DNA of 64,000 nucleotides from an uncultured delta proteobacterium (GCA_963718965.1 CAVRBJ010000022.1:82479-146478), one strand, 5' to 3'. Shown: positions 21,854 to 33,968, counted from the stretch's first letter. Notes: generated by a model not told the origin, from the letters alone. Translations and numbers: made by a program.

Positions 21854-22315
21854 TCAGGGTGGCACCGCCGCTTTGACGACAATTTTTTTTACCGCCGAAG
21901 GCTGGCCGTCAACGGAAACGCCGGGCATATGGGCGTCGGAGGGCAGCATGACCGCAAACATGCCCTGTTGCAGCAGCAAAAAATCGGCATTCCCCTGATA
22001 AAACTGAACGTCGCGGCCCTCATCATAGGGCCCGTCTGGTTTCAGCGACATGGCCGGCGCATGGCCCATAAGCTCCCTGCCCCGCACTACATACTGCACG
22101 TCGATATACCGCCTGTGCGTTTCAAGCCTGCAGTCCTCCATCGGACGGGTCATATACTCATTTACAAGGGCATACAGGCTCTGCCCCTTCAGCTCATACT
22201 TACCGGGCGGCAGCTGCGCTGTGTTCTCACTCTTCAGCCAGCGCAGGGCAAACGCTATATTCTCATGAAGCAGCATGCTGAAGCTTTCATGCTCAAGACT
22301 GTCAACAACCATCAT
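21854..22315 (-). CDS. YhcH/YjgK/YiaL (DUF386) family protein
   Basis: ~150 aa; conserved GQSLYALVNEYMTRP...HRRYIDVQYVVRG region. Confidence 0.7.
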   Translation of the reverse strand: MMVVDSLEHESFSMLLHENIAFALRWLKSENTAQLPPGKYELKGQSLYALVNEYMTRPMEDCRLETHRRYIDVQYVVRGRELMGHAPAMSLKPDGPYDEGRDVQFYQGNADFLLLQQGMFAVMLPSDAHMPGVSVDGQPSAVKKIVVKAAVPP

Positions 22316-22532
22316 TAGTTTCCGTATGTATTTTTCTGAACATGCAGCTACCTGCGTCATTACGAAAATAAGGAGTACAAAAAACTCTTTTATCCTTAAT
22401 ACCGGCTTTCGGCGGTATGACAGTTCAGTAGCTCTGTGATTAAAAAACTGTATTCCAGCGAAAGCTGGAATACAGTTTTTGCATTCTTTTCACTATGGTG
22501 TTGTATGAGCAGCCACCACTCGGTGCCTGTTG

Positions 22533-23873
22533 CTACTCAAGGCTCTCGGCAGCCACAAGCTTGTATACCTCGCCGGTTCTGCCGACAGGGCCGAGTTTCC
22601 TGCTGGTCAGCAGGTACAGCTCGCCGTCTTCACCCTGGCCAAAGCTCAGCAGAAATCTGCCGAGCTTCCCCGCCCGTCCGCATTCATACTGCACATTTGC
22701 GGTCTTCACCTGCCACAGGCCGCCGACTCCTTCGACGGCAATAAGCAGCGAGCCGTCAGGACGGATAAAGCTTGACGACCAGTCGCCAAATACATACTTG
22801 CCCGCAAGGGCTGCTATGGCGCTTCCGCGGTAAACATATCCGCCGGTCACTGACCTGCCGGTAATGGAGCCGTTATCGCCGGGATGGCCGTACACAATGA
22901 TCGGGTCGATAAGGGGTTCGCCGCTGCTGCCGTTATCCGGACAGCTTGCAAGGGGCTCAGTGGCTTTGTCTTTGTTAAAGCAGCTCGTGCCTTCCTTGAT
23001 GTTCCAGCCATAGTTGCCGCCTGCGGTCACAATATTTATTTCTTCATACAGGCTTTGGCCCACATCGCCGCAGAAAAGCCGATTGTCGCCGCCTCGGTCA
23101 AAAGAGAAACGCCAGGGATTGCGAAAGCCATAGGCAAAAATTTCCTCTTTTTTATCCGGTTCGCCGGCAAAAGGATTTCCGGGAGGTATGGCTGCCGTGC
23201 CAGGCCCGCTCACATCGAGCCTGAGAATTTTCCCCAGCAGTTTTGTCGTGTCCTGGCCATTGCCGGTTCCCTCAGTGTGGCCCGTGCCCACATCATTGGC
23301 ATTGCCTCCATCGCCGATACCGATGTAGAGAAACCCATCAGGGCCGAAGGAAAGCTGGCCGCCATTGTGGTTTGCCTGCGGATGCGGCACATCAAGCAGC
23401 ACCTTCTCGCTGTCGGCATCGGCTTTATTCGCATCGGCAGCAGAGACCAGAAACTCTGACACCCGGGCATTTGAATGAAAGTCCGGCGGATCGGTCGGCT
23501 TGAGAGCGGCACTATAGAAAATAAAAAAGCGGCCGTTTGTCGCGTAATCAGGGTGAAACACCAGGCCCAGAAGGCCGCTTTCGTCATAGGCTGAAGTAAG
23601 TTTAACCATCCTGCTTTTGATGTCCAGAAACGGCTCAGCAGCTGCGCTGCCGTCAGTTTTTATTATTTTAATGATGCCCTTTTGCTCTGTGATAAACAGC
23701 CTGCCCGAACCGTCGGGCGGCGCTGCGAGCGCCGTGGGATGGGTAAGTCCGCCTGCAATGCGTTTAAGCTGCAGTGTGTACGCAGGCTCTGATTTTGGCT
23801 TGCATCCGGCTGCGGAAAAAATGATGCAGGCTGCGCACAGAGAAAAAAGAACACAAATTTTTTTCATCCTCAT
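22533..23873 (-). CDS. PQQ-dependent sugar (glucose/sorbosone) dehydrogenase-family beta-propeller lipoprotein
   Basis: MRMKKICVLFSLCAACIIFSAAGC lipobox; NHNGGQLSFGPDGFLYIGIGDGG and FAYGFRNPWRFSFD motifs; SD GGGGAG before the ATG. Confidence 0.8.
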   Translation of the reverse strand: MRMKKICVLFSLCAACIIFSAAGCKPKSEPAYTLQLKRIAGGLTHPTALAAPPDGSGRLFITEQKGIIKIIKTDGSAAAEPFLDIKSRMVKLTSAYDESGLLGLVFHPDYATNGRFFIFYSAALKPTDPPDFHSNARVSEFLVSAADANKADADSEKVLLDVPHPQANHNGGQLSFGPDGFLYIGIGDGGNANDVGTGHTEGTGNGQDTTKLLGKILRLDVSGPGTAAIPPGNPFAGEPDKKEEIFAYGFRNPWRFSFDRGGDNRLFCGDVGQSLYEEINIVTAGGNYGWNIKEGTSCFNKDKATEPLASCPDNGSSGEPLIDPIIVYGHPGDNGSITGRSVTGGYVYRGSAIAALAGKYVFGDWSSSFIRPDGSLLIAVEGVGGLWQVKTANVQYECGRAGKLGRFLLSFGQGEDGELYLLTSRKLGPVGRTGEVYKLVAAESLE

Positions 23874-24109
23874 AGTCTCCCCCTTAAAAAAATGAACAGT
23901 TTCAGCTGTCGCCCTACTGAGGCCAGGCACTGCCAGTCTGCCGCAGGAGCAGCCCATACAATACAAGTATGTTGTATGCAGGGATGTTTTACAATCTTTT
24001 TTATCGCCCATGCAGTTTAAGAATGTATACGCTGACTATCTATGGCAGCTCAGTTTCCTTAAGGAGAGGACAGGGTTTGGGGGGTTACTAAATCAAGCGC
24101 AAAAAGCGG

Positions 24110-26113
24110 CTAGGCATCTTTCAACACTGTGCCCATGGACTCATACAGGCTGCGGGCTGCATCGCGGGCCGATGCCTTCATATTTGCCGGCAGGCGCAGC
24201 AGAAGAGCGGTCATGGACGTATGCATGAGGACATACTCGGTGCCGGGCATTGCCTCGCAGGTTTTTTTGCCGAATGCTTTGCGCTCATTGAGGCTGCGGC
24301 AGACAGAATCCGCAAGCCCTGACCCCTGCGCGCTTTTATAATAATATTGGGCGGAGGGCGCTGTGCTGCCGGTAAAGACTGAAATAAAAAGATCCGCCTT
24401 TGCCTCTGCTGCCTTCATGACGCGCACCTGGGCTGACGGCGCGGGAAGGGTTTCCCAGGTTATCAGTGCTGTGCCCCCGGCATGTTCGATCAGGCTCTGC
24501 AACTCGCGCAGCACCGGCAGCGACGCCAGCGACTGGCCAGCCGCATCAAGCATCACGGTGCGGTTAAAAAAAACCCCCCTGTCAACAGGCTGCAGCCCGT
24601 AGTCTGACGAGACAAGTTTTCCTGCTGCAAGGGCTGCCGAAACACGCACAGGCTCATAGCCCTTCCTCCTGATGGTATAGCTGACGGTGCCGGCCGCACC
24701 CACGCTGTCAAACACCCTGCCTGATGCATCGGAAAGGGCAACTTCCCGATCGGCACGCACAAGGGCAGCGCCCTCGACCGGTTTGCCGCCGGCGTCTTTG
24801 ATAACAGCGGCAAAAAGCGCTTCCTTCGGTGTGCCGAAGGAAAGCGTGCAGTGCTCCCTGATATCTCCTGCCCTGACCGTTATTGCCGCCTGCTGTGGAT
24901 TTTTTTCAGGCAGCAAAAAAGCCCGCGCCCTGCCTTTTTTTGTCGCGACCACTGCCGAGGCAAGCCTGCCGGCAGAGGATTCAAGATCAACCTGCGTACC
25001 GTCCAGTACCGGACGGCCAAGGCGGTCGAACACGTCTATATCAATGGGTGCTGCAGACTGCCCGTCTGCCGGCACGATGGAAAAAACCGGTTTCGCGCTC
25101 ATCCGCGCAGGCGGCACAGCAACCGTAAAGGATATGCATGCTTTCTGCGCGGCATTGCCAGCTGCATTGCGCACATCAAGGCAGAACTCATGAGCGCCGT
25201 TGGACAAAGGCGCCCGCGGGGTATAGGAAACAGTGCTTGCATTGTCAAAGACAAGCCCGTCTTCAAGTTTGCCGTCGAGGCTGGCCTTGATGCTTGAACG
25301 GTCAAGGGCTGCGCCGGGCCCGCCTGCCGAAAGTCTGGCTGAAATTTTTGGCTGCGCTTCTGAAAGCACTGGCGGTTTTGGAGCAGTGAAGCTCACAGCA
25401 GGCACGCCCTTTTTATAATAGCTGAGTATGCCCAGAAAATAGCCCTGCGCCTCTGCATTGAGGGTGCGGTGATAGGACAGCTTTTCGCTGTTGCTTTTAT
25501 AATTCATGTATGAAGCTTCGCCGAGTATGGCAGGGGCTTGCGTGTTGCGCAGCACCAGGTAATTGCCCGGCTGGACCGAGGCTGGCTCGGCATGCATGCG
25601 CTCCTGCAGGGCGCTGCATACCTCGCGCGCAACATCGCGCGAGCAGCCGGGGTCTGACATTTTGTAAAACACGATAAGGTCGTTGCGCTCGCCCCGCTCT
25701 TTTCCGTCTGAGTTATGGTGGATGCTGACAAAAAGATCAGCTTTGGCTGCATTGCTCACAGCGGCGCGGGCCTCAAGCTCGCTGCGAAGAACAAAAGGCT
25801 CGCCCTTGAACAGGCAGGTATCCGAGCTGCGGGTGAGCACCGGCTGCGCTCCCGCATCTTTCAAAAAGCCCCACAGATACAGGGCGACGCCTATATTAAC
25901 CTCTGCCTCGCACAGGCCGTTCTCAGCAATGGCGCCGCGCTCGGGACCGCCATGGCCCGGGTCGAGGATGATGGTTTTGCCCCTGAGGGCTGCGGTATCA
26001 AGCCCTGAAATCCTGAACTCGACTGCAGGGGGCAGCGCCTGTTTGATGCAGCCGCTCCACAGGCAGGTCGCCGCAAGCAGGGTGTACACCAGGCTGTTCT
26101 GGCGGCATTTCAT
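24110..26113 (-). CDS. N-acetylmuramoyl-L-alanine amidase (Amidase_3) with a long C-terminal extension
   Basis: IILDPGHGGPERGAI ... FVSIHHNS ... LGEASYMNY catalytic domain; lipoprotein-like N-terminus. Confidence 0.8.
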   Translation of the reverse strand: MKCRQNSLVYTLLAATCLWSGCIKQALPPAVEFRISGLDTAALRGKTIILDPGHGGPERGAIAENGLCEAEVNIGVALYLWGFLKDAGAQPVLTRSSDTCLFKGEPFVLRSELEARAAVSNAAKADLFVSIHHNSDGKERGERNDLIVFYKMSDPGCSRDVAREVCSALQERMHAEPASVQPGNYLVLRNTQAPAILGEASYMNYKSNSEKLSYHRTLNAEAQGYFLGILSYYKKGVPAVSFTAPKPPVLSEAQPKISARLSAGGPGAALDRSSIKASLDGKLEDGLVFDNASTVSYTPRAPLSNGAHEFCLDVRNAAGNAAQKACISFTVAVPPARMSAKPVFSIVPADGQSAAPIDIDVFDRLGRPVLDGTQVDLESSAGRLASAVVATKKGRARAFLLPEKNPQQAAITVRAGDIREHCTLSFGTPKEALFAAVIKDAGGKPVEGAALVRADREVALSDASGRVFDSVGAAGTVSYTIRRKGYEPVRVSAALAAGKLVSSDYGLQPVDRGVFFNRTVMLDAAGQSLASLPVLRELQSLIEHAGGTALITWETLPAPSAQVRVMKAAEAKADLFISVFTGSTAPSAQYYYKSAQGSGLADSVCRSLNERKAFGKKTCEAMPGTEYVLMHTSMTALLLRLPANMKASARDAARSLYESMGTVLKDA

Positions 26114-26331
26114 TCGAGATACCCAAGGTTGCGCAGGCGTTTTTTGATTTCTTCAAAATCGACTTCGCTGATTTTATCCTCTGTTTTGCGCGTTGTTGCC
26201 ACAAGGTCACGCAGCACATACACGATAAAATCCGTAACAGAGTTGTAGCCTGAGCCCTCAAGGATAATCTTGAGCTTGCCGTAGAGCTGCCGGGGTATCT
26301 TAATGGTTACCTTGTCCTGTTCGCTGAGCAT
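26110..26331 (-). CDS. Ribbon-helix-helix (CopG-like) small DNA-binding protein
   Basis: MLSEQDKVTIKIPRQLYGKLKIILEGSGYNSVTDFIVYVLRDL has an RHH N-terminus; SD GGAG before the ATG; overlaps the amidase start by 4 nt. Confidence 0.55.
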   Translation of the reverse strand: MLSEQDKVTIKIPRQLYGKLKIILEGSGYNSVTDFIVYVLRDLVATTRKTEDKISEVDFEEIKKRLRNLGYLE

Positions 26332-26547
26332 GAATATCTCCTTTTTGTATAAACTCCTAGAGCAGTGAATATTAATGCTCCCGTACATAGTCAAACAAAC
26401 TGTCTTTGCAAATCCGCAGCGGCAGACACCTTGCAATGGCGCACGCCCGGACTGTTTTCGACGGAATAAACTTTAGCATGTTTTGAAAAAAAAATTAAGG
26501 TATAATGAGCATATTATTAAAATGAACTGAAAACAGGGGCGCAGAGG

Positions 26548-28205
26548 ATGTTTGACATACTTATACAGGGCGGCACAGTCATTGACGGCACGGGCTCTGC
26601 GGCTCAGCGCTGCGATGTGGGCGTTACCGGCGAAACGATAGCTGCCGTTGGGATGCTGCAGGCAGCGGAGGCCCGCGAGGTGATTGATGCACGGGGCATG
26701 CATATCTGCCCTGGCTTTATCGACATGCACGGCCACTCGGACTTCAACCTGCTGGTGCAGCCGCCGGGCCGGGGCAAAGTCATGCAGGGCATAACAACCG
26801 AAGTAATGGGCAATTGCGGCTTGTCTGCAGCTCCCCTGCTTGGTGCGGCGCGCAGCCAGCGGGGAAAAAGCATAAAAAACCTGGGCTTTGAGCTCTGCTG
26901 GACGCATCTTGACGAATTTGCCGAGGCCATAAAAGATACAAACCTCCCCTGCCATATGGTGCCCCTTGTCGGCCATGGCAATATCCGCGGCTCCATTGTG
27001 GGCTACGGCAGCCGGCAGCCCACGCCGGGTGACATGCAGGCAATGGAGCGCCTTCTCCTCCGGCAGATGGAGGCAGGAGCCTGGGGCCTTTCAACCGGTC
27101 TTGTCTATCCGCCCGGCATGTATGCCGGCCCCGATGAAATTGCAGCACTTGCAAAAATCGCCGCCCGCTTCGGGGGCATCTACACAAGCCATATGCGCAG
27201 CGAAGGCGACCGGCTGCTTGAGTCTATCGAAGAAACTCTTGCCGTTGGGCGCAGCGCAGGGATACCGGTGCAGATATCGCATCTCAAGACGCAGGGCAAG
27301 CGCAACTGGCACAAGCTGCCGGCTGCTTTTAAACTGATTGAAAAGGCTCGCGCTGACGGATTGACGGTTTTTGCCGACCGCTATCCCTACACAGCCTCCA
27401 GCACAGGGCTCGACGTGGTGTTTCCGGCCTGGGCCTGCGAGGGCGGCAACGCGGCCGAGCTCGAGCGGCTGCAATCACCTGATATGCGCGACAGGATCTA
27501 TGCCGATATTCTTGAGCGCATGACAGAGGACGAGCTTGCCCGGGATATACTCATTGCGAAAGTCGTTACCGAAAAAAACAAATCCCTTGAAGGTCTGCGG
27601 CTCGGGGCAGGCCGCTGCCCTGCGCGGACAGTCAGTGCGCGACTGCCCTGTTCTCGATTCTTACGGAGGAGGAGCTGGATGTCGATGCGGTATTTTTCTC
27701 CATGTGCGAGGACAACCTCAGGGAAATCCTGCGCAAAGACTATGTCATGATCGGCTCCGATGCCTCGGTCTGGGACACCGAGGGCGTGCTTGGCGCAGGC
27801 AAGCCGCACCCGCGCGCTTTCGGCAGCTTTCCCCGCGTACTGCGAAAATATGTGCTTGAGCAGAAGCTGCTCAGCCTTGAAGAGGCAGTCTATAAAATGA
27901 CCGGCCTGCCTGCAGCCGCCATCGGCCTTTCAGAGCGCGGGGTCATCAGGAAGGGGATGAAAGCGGACCTGGTGCTCCTGCGCCTGGACGATGTGCAGGA
28001 CCGGGCTGACTACGCAGAGCCGCACCGCTTTCCCGAGGGCATCAGCCGCGTCATGGTCGAAGGAATATGGGACAGTTGCGGATGGAGCTATTACCGGAAA
28101 CTATGCGGGCAGGCTTCTGCTAAAAAAGCCGGCGTAAGTGCGGCTCCACTCAAACAAAGGGGCAAAATGCCGGACACGAACCTGATGTTGCGCGTTAATT
28201 GGTAG
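26548..28205 (+). CDS. N-acyl-D-amino-acid deacylase (D-aminoacylase); two frameshifts near 27590-27700
   Basis: MFDILIQGGTVIDGTG ... CPGFIDMHGHSD metal-dependent amidohydrolase; C-terminal piece 27702-28205 continues the family. Confidence 0.8.
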
Positions 28206-28332
28206 GCCGGACAAAGCGAAGCGTGTCCGGCGATCTCGCAGACATTCTGCAAAGATCAGGTTCTTTGTCCAGCCTACGGTTTTTTCGCCCCTCTATCATG
28301 TGTTTCTGTATTAAGTGCGGCGTCGCGGAAAA

Positions 28333-28378
28333 GAAGGGACAAAAAATTCCCCTTTAGCAAAGGGGGAGGGTTTAGGCA
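28333..28378. repeat. Double-hairpin repeat, partial copy 2 (first hairpin only)
   Basis: AATTCCCCTTTAGCAAAGGGGGAGGGTTTAGG matches the left half of the 273-395 element. Confidence 0.5.
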
Positions 28379-28797
28379 ATAAGGGGTTATGCATATTTAT
28401 TATATTCGATTAATAGTGCCCCCCTTGTTTATATGGCGCTGGACTAAGCAGACAGGGGCATGGCAGAAGGAAAGCTCTACGAATCTCTGCCTTGCGATGG
28501 TTTTCCTAACAGCATCGAATCTACAGCAATGTTTAAAATATCCAGAAACGACTCGGGCTGCGTATAGTCCTGTACATCTATAAAAAAATTCATCACCGGT
28601 TTGTTTTTATAGGGAGAGGTAAGAAAAAAGCTCAGAGCGTTTGTCTTATTCTGAATAAACGGTACGAGCCTGAATCCGCAATCGTCGTCTCTGCAACTTG
28701 CCATGGTTAGTATTCCTGTATGAAAGTACGTATCAATATTCTATAGCCAGTATTTTATGTAAAGTATTGAGGAATACTTAAATTCCTTTAGAAAAGA

Positions 28798-28975
28798 AGC
28801 CAGAATTCAGTAGTCAGAATTCAGAATAGAAGGCACAGAGGCTTCCTGAAGTTTACTGGTTTCCTCCAGACAATCAGATCCTGAAACGTTTTTGTTTTTT
28901 TCTTTTCCATGTGGACTTCAAATTTTCAATTCTGTGTTCTGGACTACTGAATTCTGGATTCTGACTTCTGGTTTA
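28798..28975. repeat. GAATTCAG-motif inverted-repeat region
   Basis: CAGAATTCAGTAGTCAGAATTCAGAATAGA at the left and its imperfect reverse complement TCTGGACTACTGAATTCTGGATTCTGAC at the right, bracketing ~95 bp. Confidence 0.4.
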
Positions 28976-29008
28976 CGGCTTCTGACTCCTGCCCGCTTGG
29001 GCCGTCTT

Positions 29009-29680
29009 TTATTTTTTCTCAAAAAAACTTTTAATACTCCTGAACACAGCTTTCTCGGAATCAGGCTCTGGCATTAGCCGCACCCCTTCCCGAAGCATGG
29101 TCTCAACCTCGCGGGCAATCTTCTGCGGCTTGTACTTCTCAGCGGCAAAGTACCTGATTAATTCCCTGAGAGCATCACGCGTTGCAGCAGGTATAAAAGA
29201 ACCGCTCGCAATATGGCCGCAATCCGCAAGATATGCAAGCAGTTTCTCAGCTATCAGGCCGGTATCATTAACTGGCGGTGTGCTCTGCCGGCCTGCATGC
29301 CGGAGCAGATAATCATAAAATCCGCTGCTGTCCTGAAACGCGCAGCCCTCAATCCGCACATCATTGTCCGAGGATACGATCAGGCAGCTCGCGCCCAGGG
29401 CCGCCGCGTGAAAGCCCATGTCCCGTATCATTTCATCAGCCGTTTGCGGAGCTGCAAAGCGCACGGTCAGAGTTGCGCCTCCCGCGTCGCGGCTTGAACC
29501 GATGCCGTCGCCGTCAAACACCACTGTCCACTGCTCCCCGGGCGGCAGAGCGCGGAAGCAATGGTCTATGAGCCACTTCCGGGCTGCCTCGCCTCCCTGC
29601 GACTGCTCCAGGCGGGACCCGCTCGGATTGGTCCGGATGACATTGTATCCGTCGATAATGGTGCGCCTTGCAGGGTGCAT
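29009..29680 (-). CDS. NYN/YacP-like domain protein (predicted RNase)
   Basis: RRTIIDGYNVIRT ... WTVVFDG ... LIVSSDNDV core. Confidence 0.65.
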   Translation of the reverse strand: MHPARRTIIDGYNVIRTNPSGSRLEQSQGGEAARKWLIDHCFRALPPGEQWTVVFDGDGIGSSRDAGGATLTVRFAAPQTADEMIRDMGFHAAALGASCLIVSSDNDVRIEGCAFQDSSGFYDYLLRHAGRQSTPPVNDTGLIAEKLLAYLADCGHIASGSFIPAATRDALRELIRYFAAEKYKPQKIAREVETMLREGVRLMPEPDSEKAVFRSIKSFFEKK

Positions 29681-29833
29681 TTCATCAACCCACTCAGTTA
29701 AACACGAGAACAGCGAACAAGTAGTATACAAATATCAGACTGCTGTCAAGGAGGAGGAACAGCAACTTCACCTGCCTGATTTGCAGTTGCTTTTTCAGCC
29801 CTGCTATGATATTCACCTAATTCTTTTTTACAT

Positions 29834-29907
<74 letters not shown>

Positions 29908-29925
29908 TAAACATATAATCCGCAT

Positions 29926-29964
29926 ATAAAAAGAGACCGGCAACAGTGCCGGTCTCTTTTTATT
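29926..29964. terminator. Bidirectional intrinsic terminator between tRNA-Pro and the surface-protein gene
   Basis: AAAAAGAGACCGGCAacagTGCCGGTCTCTTTTTATTT: 11-bp stem, A-run on one side and T-run on the other. Confidence 0.75.
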
Positions 29965-30012
29965 TCTCAGGGTGGGTTCAACCCACCATTTTTAAAAACA
30001 GTGATCTTTATG

Positions 30013-33000
30013 CTACAGCATGCACACCGTATCGCACACAGGCTGACCATTGCCGCCGCAGCCGGGGTCTGGGTCGCACACATCGCCTATGCCATCACTG
30101 TCGGCATCAAGCTGATAGTAATTACAGATGGCCGGGCAGTTATCATGTGCACTATCATGGGAGTCATAGTCGGAATCAGTCTGCCCCTCACAGGTTGGCT
30201 GGCCGCACCCGTCGCCGCAGCCGGGTGTCGTGTCGCACACATCACCTATTGCTGTCGCCATCGGCATCAAGCTGAAGCGGATTGGCAATATCCGGGCAGT
30301 TATCAAGAACATTTAAAATACCGTCATTATCCGTATCGCATGACTGCTCGCAGGCAGGCTGCCCTGCACCGCCGCAACCCGGATCCGGGTCGCATATATC
30401 CCCTATGCCGTTGCCATTGGCATCGAGCTGATGCACATTGCAGACGTTCGGGCAGTTGTCAGCGGCATCAGCCTACCCATCGCCGTCTGTATCAATCTGG
30501 CTCTCACAAACAGGCTGGCCGCAGCCTGTGCCGCAGCCGGGTGACGGGTCGCACACATCGCCTATGCCGTTGCCATCGGCATCAAGCTGCTGGGGGTTGG
30601 CAATGGCCGGGCAGTTGTCTGAGGCATTTGAGAATACCGTCGCCGTCTTTATCACTTCCGACATTAGAGGTAAATTTGCAAAGCTGCTTGCGCAGCCCTC
30701 AAAAGCCCAAACGTTTTTTGTAATATAAGGGGATATGCACCTATTGGCTGGAAATGGATTATAATTACCCTCAAAATATGCCGCAGTCAAACGAGGACAA
30801 TTAGAAAACGCTGCCCCCGGCTTCTTAATCAGCCCCCCAGGAGGCGGACCACCACAATAAGGTTCTCCGGTCTCATCATCGTACATCTCCCAACAACATT
30901 CACAACCAGCACTCAAAATTAAACTCGCCGGTATGAACACGGTGGTCAATGCGGGTACTGAAAACGCATAAGCCCCAATTCTTCTTACCGGCAGGCCTGC
31001 TATGGTATTGGGAATTACAAGAATTTCGGCAGACCCGGTATATCTGGTGATTGTGGCTGTATTGTCGTACGCTATTATGTAGTTAAAATCCCCGGCAACT
31101 CCAATTGACGTGGTGGTTGTGGGTTGCATGGTTGTTGTCGTAGTTGCTAGAAACCGTAGTGGTCGTAGTCGGCTGGATGGTAGTCGAAACGCTTGTCGTC
31201 CCGGTGACAGAAGTTGTCGTTGATGTGGTCAGCGCGTTAAAAGCATTAACGAGGGTATAAGCCCCTATGGAGCTTGAGCTGTAATGCCGCACCGCGACAT
31301 AATAGGTGCCGGCTGACAGCGTTCTCGTAATTGAAAAATTTAATCCTTCGCCATCATCGTCATCGGATTCGATATCGGTACATGCGCTGTCTTTTAAATA
31401 GCCATACGTGTCGGTGGACCCGGTTGTATACACATTCAGCGTTCCGTATGCGGGAATATTAATCGCGAAATAATCATAGTCGCCGGCAGGATTTATAGAA
31501 GCACTTATGGAGCTGTTGAGCGGCATGGCAAAGGCTGCTGCGCAACTGTTGCCGTAATCGTCGAGAATCAGTCGACGTTGTGGTCGGCTGAGTTGTTGTA
31601 GTTGTAGTTGTTACAGATGGATCAAACACCGCCGCAGGATAGCCGTACCAGGGATTGGTAAACCCGGTGGCACCGGCAACATAGTACACTTTAAAGCCGC
31701 TTGCGCAGTTATTAAAAACATATACCCCATTGTCGGCGCATTCCCGTAAAAATAGGCGGAGGCCAAACCTGGTGCAGCCATACAAACGCATTATCGCCAA
31801 TGCTCGTAACACTGGCAGGAATGTTAATGCTGGTCAAACCTGTGCAATGCCCAAAACATTGGGTCCAATAGCTTATAACGCTGCCAGGAATAGTCACACT
31901 GGTCAAACCTGTGCATCTCATAAAATGCTCGCCTGTCCCCAAAGCTTGTAACGCCGTTAGTATCCTGGTCACATCTGGTCAAGCCTGGTGCAATAGATAA
32001 AACGCCATTTTGTCCGGAATACTCGTAACGTTGCTCGGGATTTTAAGCTGGCCAAACTGCGCAACTGGAAAAAGCACAGGCCCAATAATTGTAACATTCT
32101 GAGGAATGGTCATACTGGTCAAGCCGGTGCAGCCAGAAAACGCGTTATGCCCAATATTCGTTACGCTGCTCGGGATGTAACGCTCGGTTAACCCGCTGCT
32201 ATCCTTGAAAATAGCACTGATCCCAATGGTTACTACCGGCATGCCGTCTATGGTATCTGGTATTACAACCGCTCCACCGGAGCCGGTATAGCCGGTGATG
32301 GTGACAGAGCCAGCTGATACTGTATAGGTAAACGGAAATAATGCCGTCGTATAGCCATACCACGGATTGGTAAACCCGGTGGCTCCGGCACGATAGTACA
32401 CTTTAAAACCGCTTGCGCAGCCACCGAAAACAATGTCGCCAATGTCGGTGCATTCCCGTAAAAATAGGCGGCAGCAAACTGTACAAAGGAAAACCCCCAC
32501 TTCCCAATACTTGTAACACTGGCCGGAATGATAATACTGGTCAAACCGGTGCAGTATAAAACTTCCGTGCCCGAGACTTGTAACATTGTTCGAAATGATC
32601 GCATTGGTCAAGCCTGAGCAATAGGCAAACGCAGCCTGTTCGATTCTGGTAACGCCGTTCAGGATGGTAACGCTGGTCAAACCGGAACATCCCATAAACA
32701 TGTAAGAGTAATGCTCGTAACGCTTTCGGAATGGTAAGCTGGTTAACCCTGCGCAGAAGGCAAACGCGGCTGTTCCAATACTGGTAACACTGTCGGGAAT
32801 GGTCAAACTGGTCAAACCGCAACCTTGAAACGCCCTTATCCCAATGCTCGTAACGCTGTTTGGGATGATAATCCCGGTCAAGTTACTGCAACCTTGAAAT
32901 GCCTCCAACCCAATGCTTGTAACGCTGCCCGGTATGGTAGCGCCGGTCAAGCTGCTGTTGTTCAAAAAAACCTGATCCCCAATACTTACTACCGGCATGC

Positions 33001-33193
33001 CGTCAATAGTATCGGGAATGGCAACATCTCCGCCGGGTCCGGTATAGCCGGTGATTGCGACCGCACTGCCTGAGACCGTGTAGGTAAAATCCCCATATTG
33101 CTGGGCAAAAGCAGATGAGTACAGAAACAGACAACCAATCACTGGCAGCAGGAAAATAGATTTTTTGAACTGCATAGAGAACCCCTCCTCCAC
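30013..33193 (-). CDS. Large secreted surface protein with signal peptide, BspA-type leucine-rich repeats, a pre-peptidase C-terminal (PPC) domain and thrombospondin-type-3-like Ca-binding Cys-rich repeats; fragmented into at least eight frames
   Basis: MQFKKSIFLLPVIGCLFLYSSAFA signal; repeated GLTSxTIPxSVTSIGxxAFxxC units; GDYDYFAINIPAYGTL...GTYYVAVRHY PPC; DADGNGIGDVCDPSPGCG TSP3-like; ~150-bp internal direct DNA repeats (31620-31760 vs 32350-32470). Confidence 0.55.
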
Positions 33194-33382
33194 ATATTAT
33201 GGTTAATTAATCTCTTTATGCCATCCGTCATCCCCGAATCAAACAGGGGAAGGGCGAACAGCCGTTCGCCCCTGCGAATTCAAAAAAGCATTTAACGGCA
33301 TGCGACCTTGCTTATTGAGATAACCGCGTCCGGCTTGAAGGACCTGTTATGACAGCCTCAATTGCCGCATATGTGTCCGGTC

Positions 33383-33422
33383 AGCAAAATAAAAGGCCTG
33401 TCCTTGAATAAAGGACAGGCCT
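33383..33422 (-). terminator. Minus-strand intrinsic terminator (AGGCCTGTCCTT gaata AAGGACAGGCCT + TTTTATTTTG)
   Basis: 12-bp perfect stem followed on the minus strand by a U-run; no annotated gene ends here. Confidence 0.55.
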
Positions 33423-33607
33423 GCCAAGACCCAGTAACTTCCAAACCGGCAGTTCCGCTGTCCTAACACTTTATAGACCGGTAACTTTGCGCTTTACCCG
33501 TGAAGGTAAATTGCTCTTTTCGGTTCGCACTTGAGTACTAATTTAGCACACTTTTTCAGTTTGTATATAAAAAGTCTCAGCAATAAAATTATTTATTACT
33601 GCAAAAT

Positions 33608-33802
33608 CTAAGAACCCGGAAGCATATTCCTGTGCTTTGTCCACACGCAGTGGGGAAATTCTGTGGATAACCAGTTTACAACCTCCTGCCCGACATGCAG
33701 GGTGTGCCTTTTCCCCGCTTTGCTCAATAACTGCGCATGGGTTGGGTAGATGCCGCCTTCCGCATGTCCTTTGTACCTGTACTGTGCAACTTTGTTTTCC
33801 AT
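33608..33802 (-). CDS. Small hypothetical protein (~65 aa) or sRNA region upstream of the orphan terminator
   Basis: ORF MENKVAQYRYKGHAEGGIYPTHAQLLSKAGKRHTLHVGQEVVNW...; weak RBS; low confidence. Confidence 0.25.
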   Translation of the reverse strand: MENKVAQYRYKGHAEGGIYPTHAQLLSKAGKRHTLHVGQEVVNWLSTEFPHCVWTKHRNMLPGS

Positions 33803-33860
33803 ACATGGTTCGACCCTTTTGTGAGGGATTAGTAACATGTTGCACAGTACCGGAACAAAG

Positions 33861-33968
33861 CCCCACAAAAGAGGGCATAAAAATTCCCTCTTTAGCGAAG
33901 AAGGTTAGGGGGATTTGTCATGTAGCAAAAAATAACCATGTATCCCCCTTTTTCAAATGGGGATGAAA
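33861..33968. repeat. Double-hairpin repeat, copy 3
   Basis: CCCCACAAAAGAGGG...TTCCCTCTTTAGCGAAGAAGG...TATCCCCCTTTTTCAAATGGGGATGAA aligns along the full length with copy 1. Confidence 0.7.

Noticed and set aside
28477-28704. 75-aa minus-strand ORF after the D-aminoacylase
   Set aside because: No RBS or recognisable family, and it overlaps the repeat region; probably non-coding.
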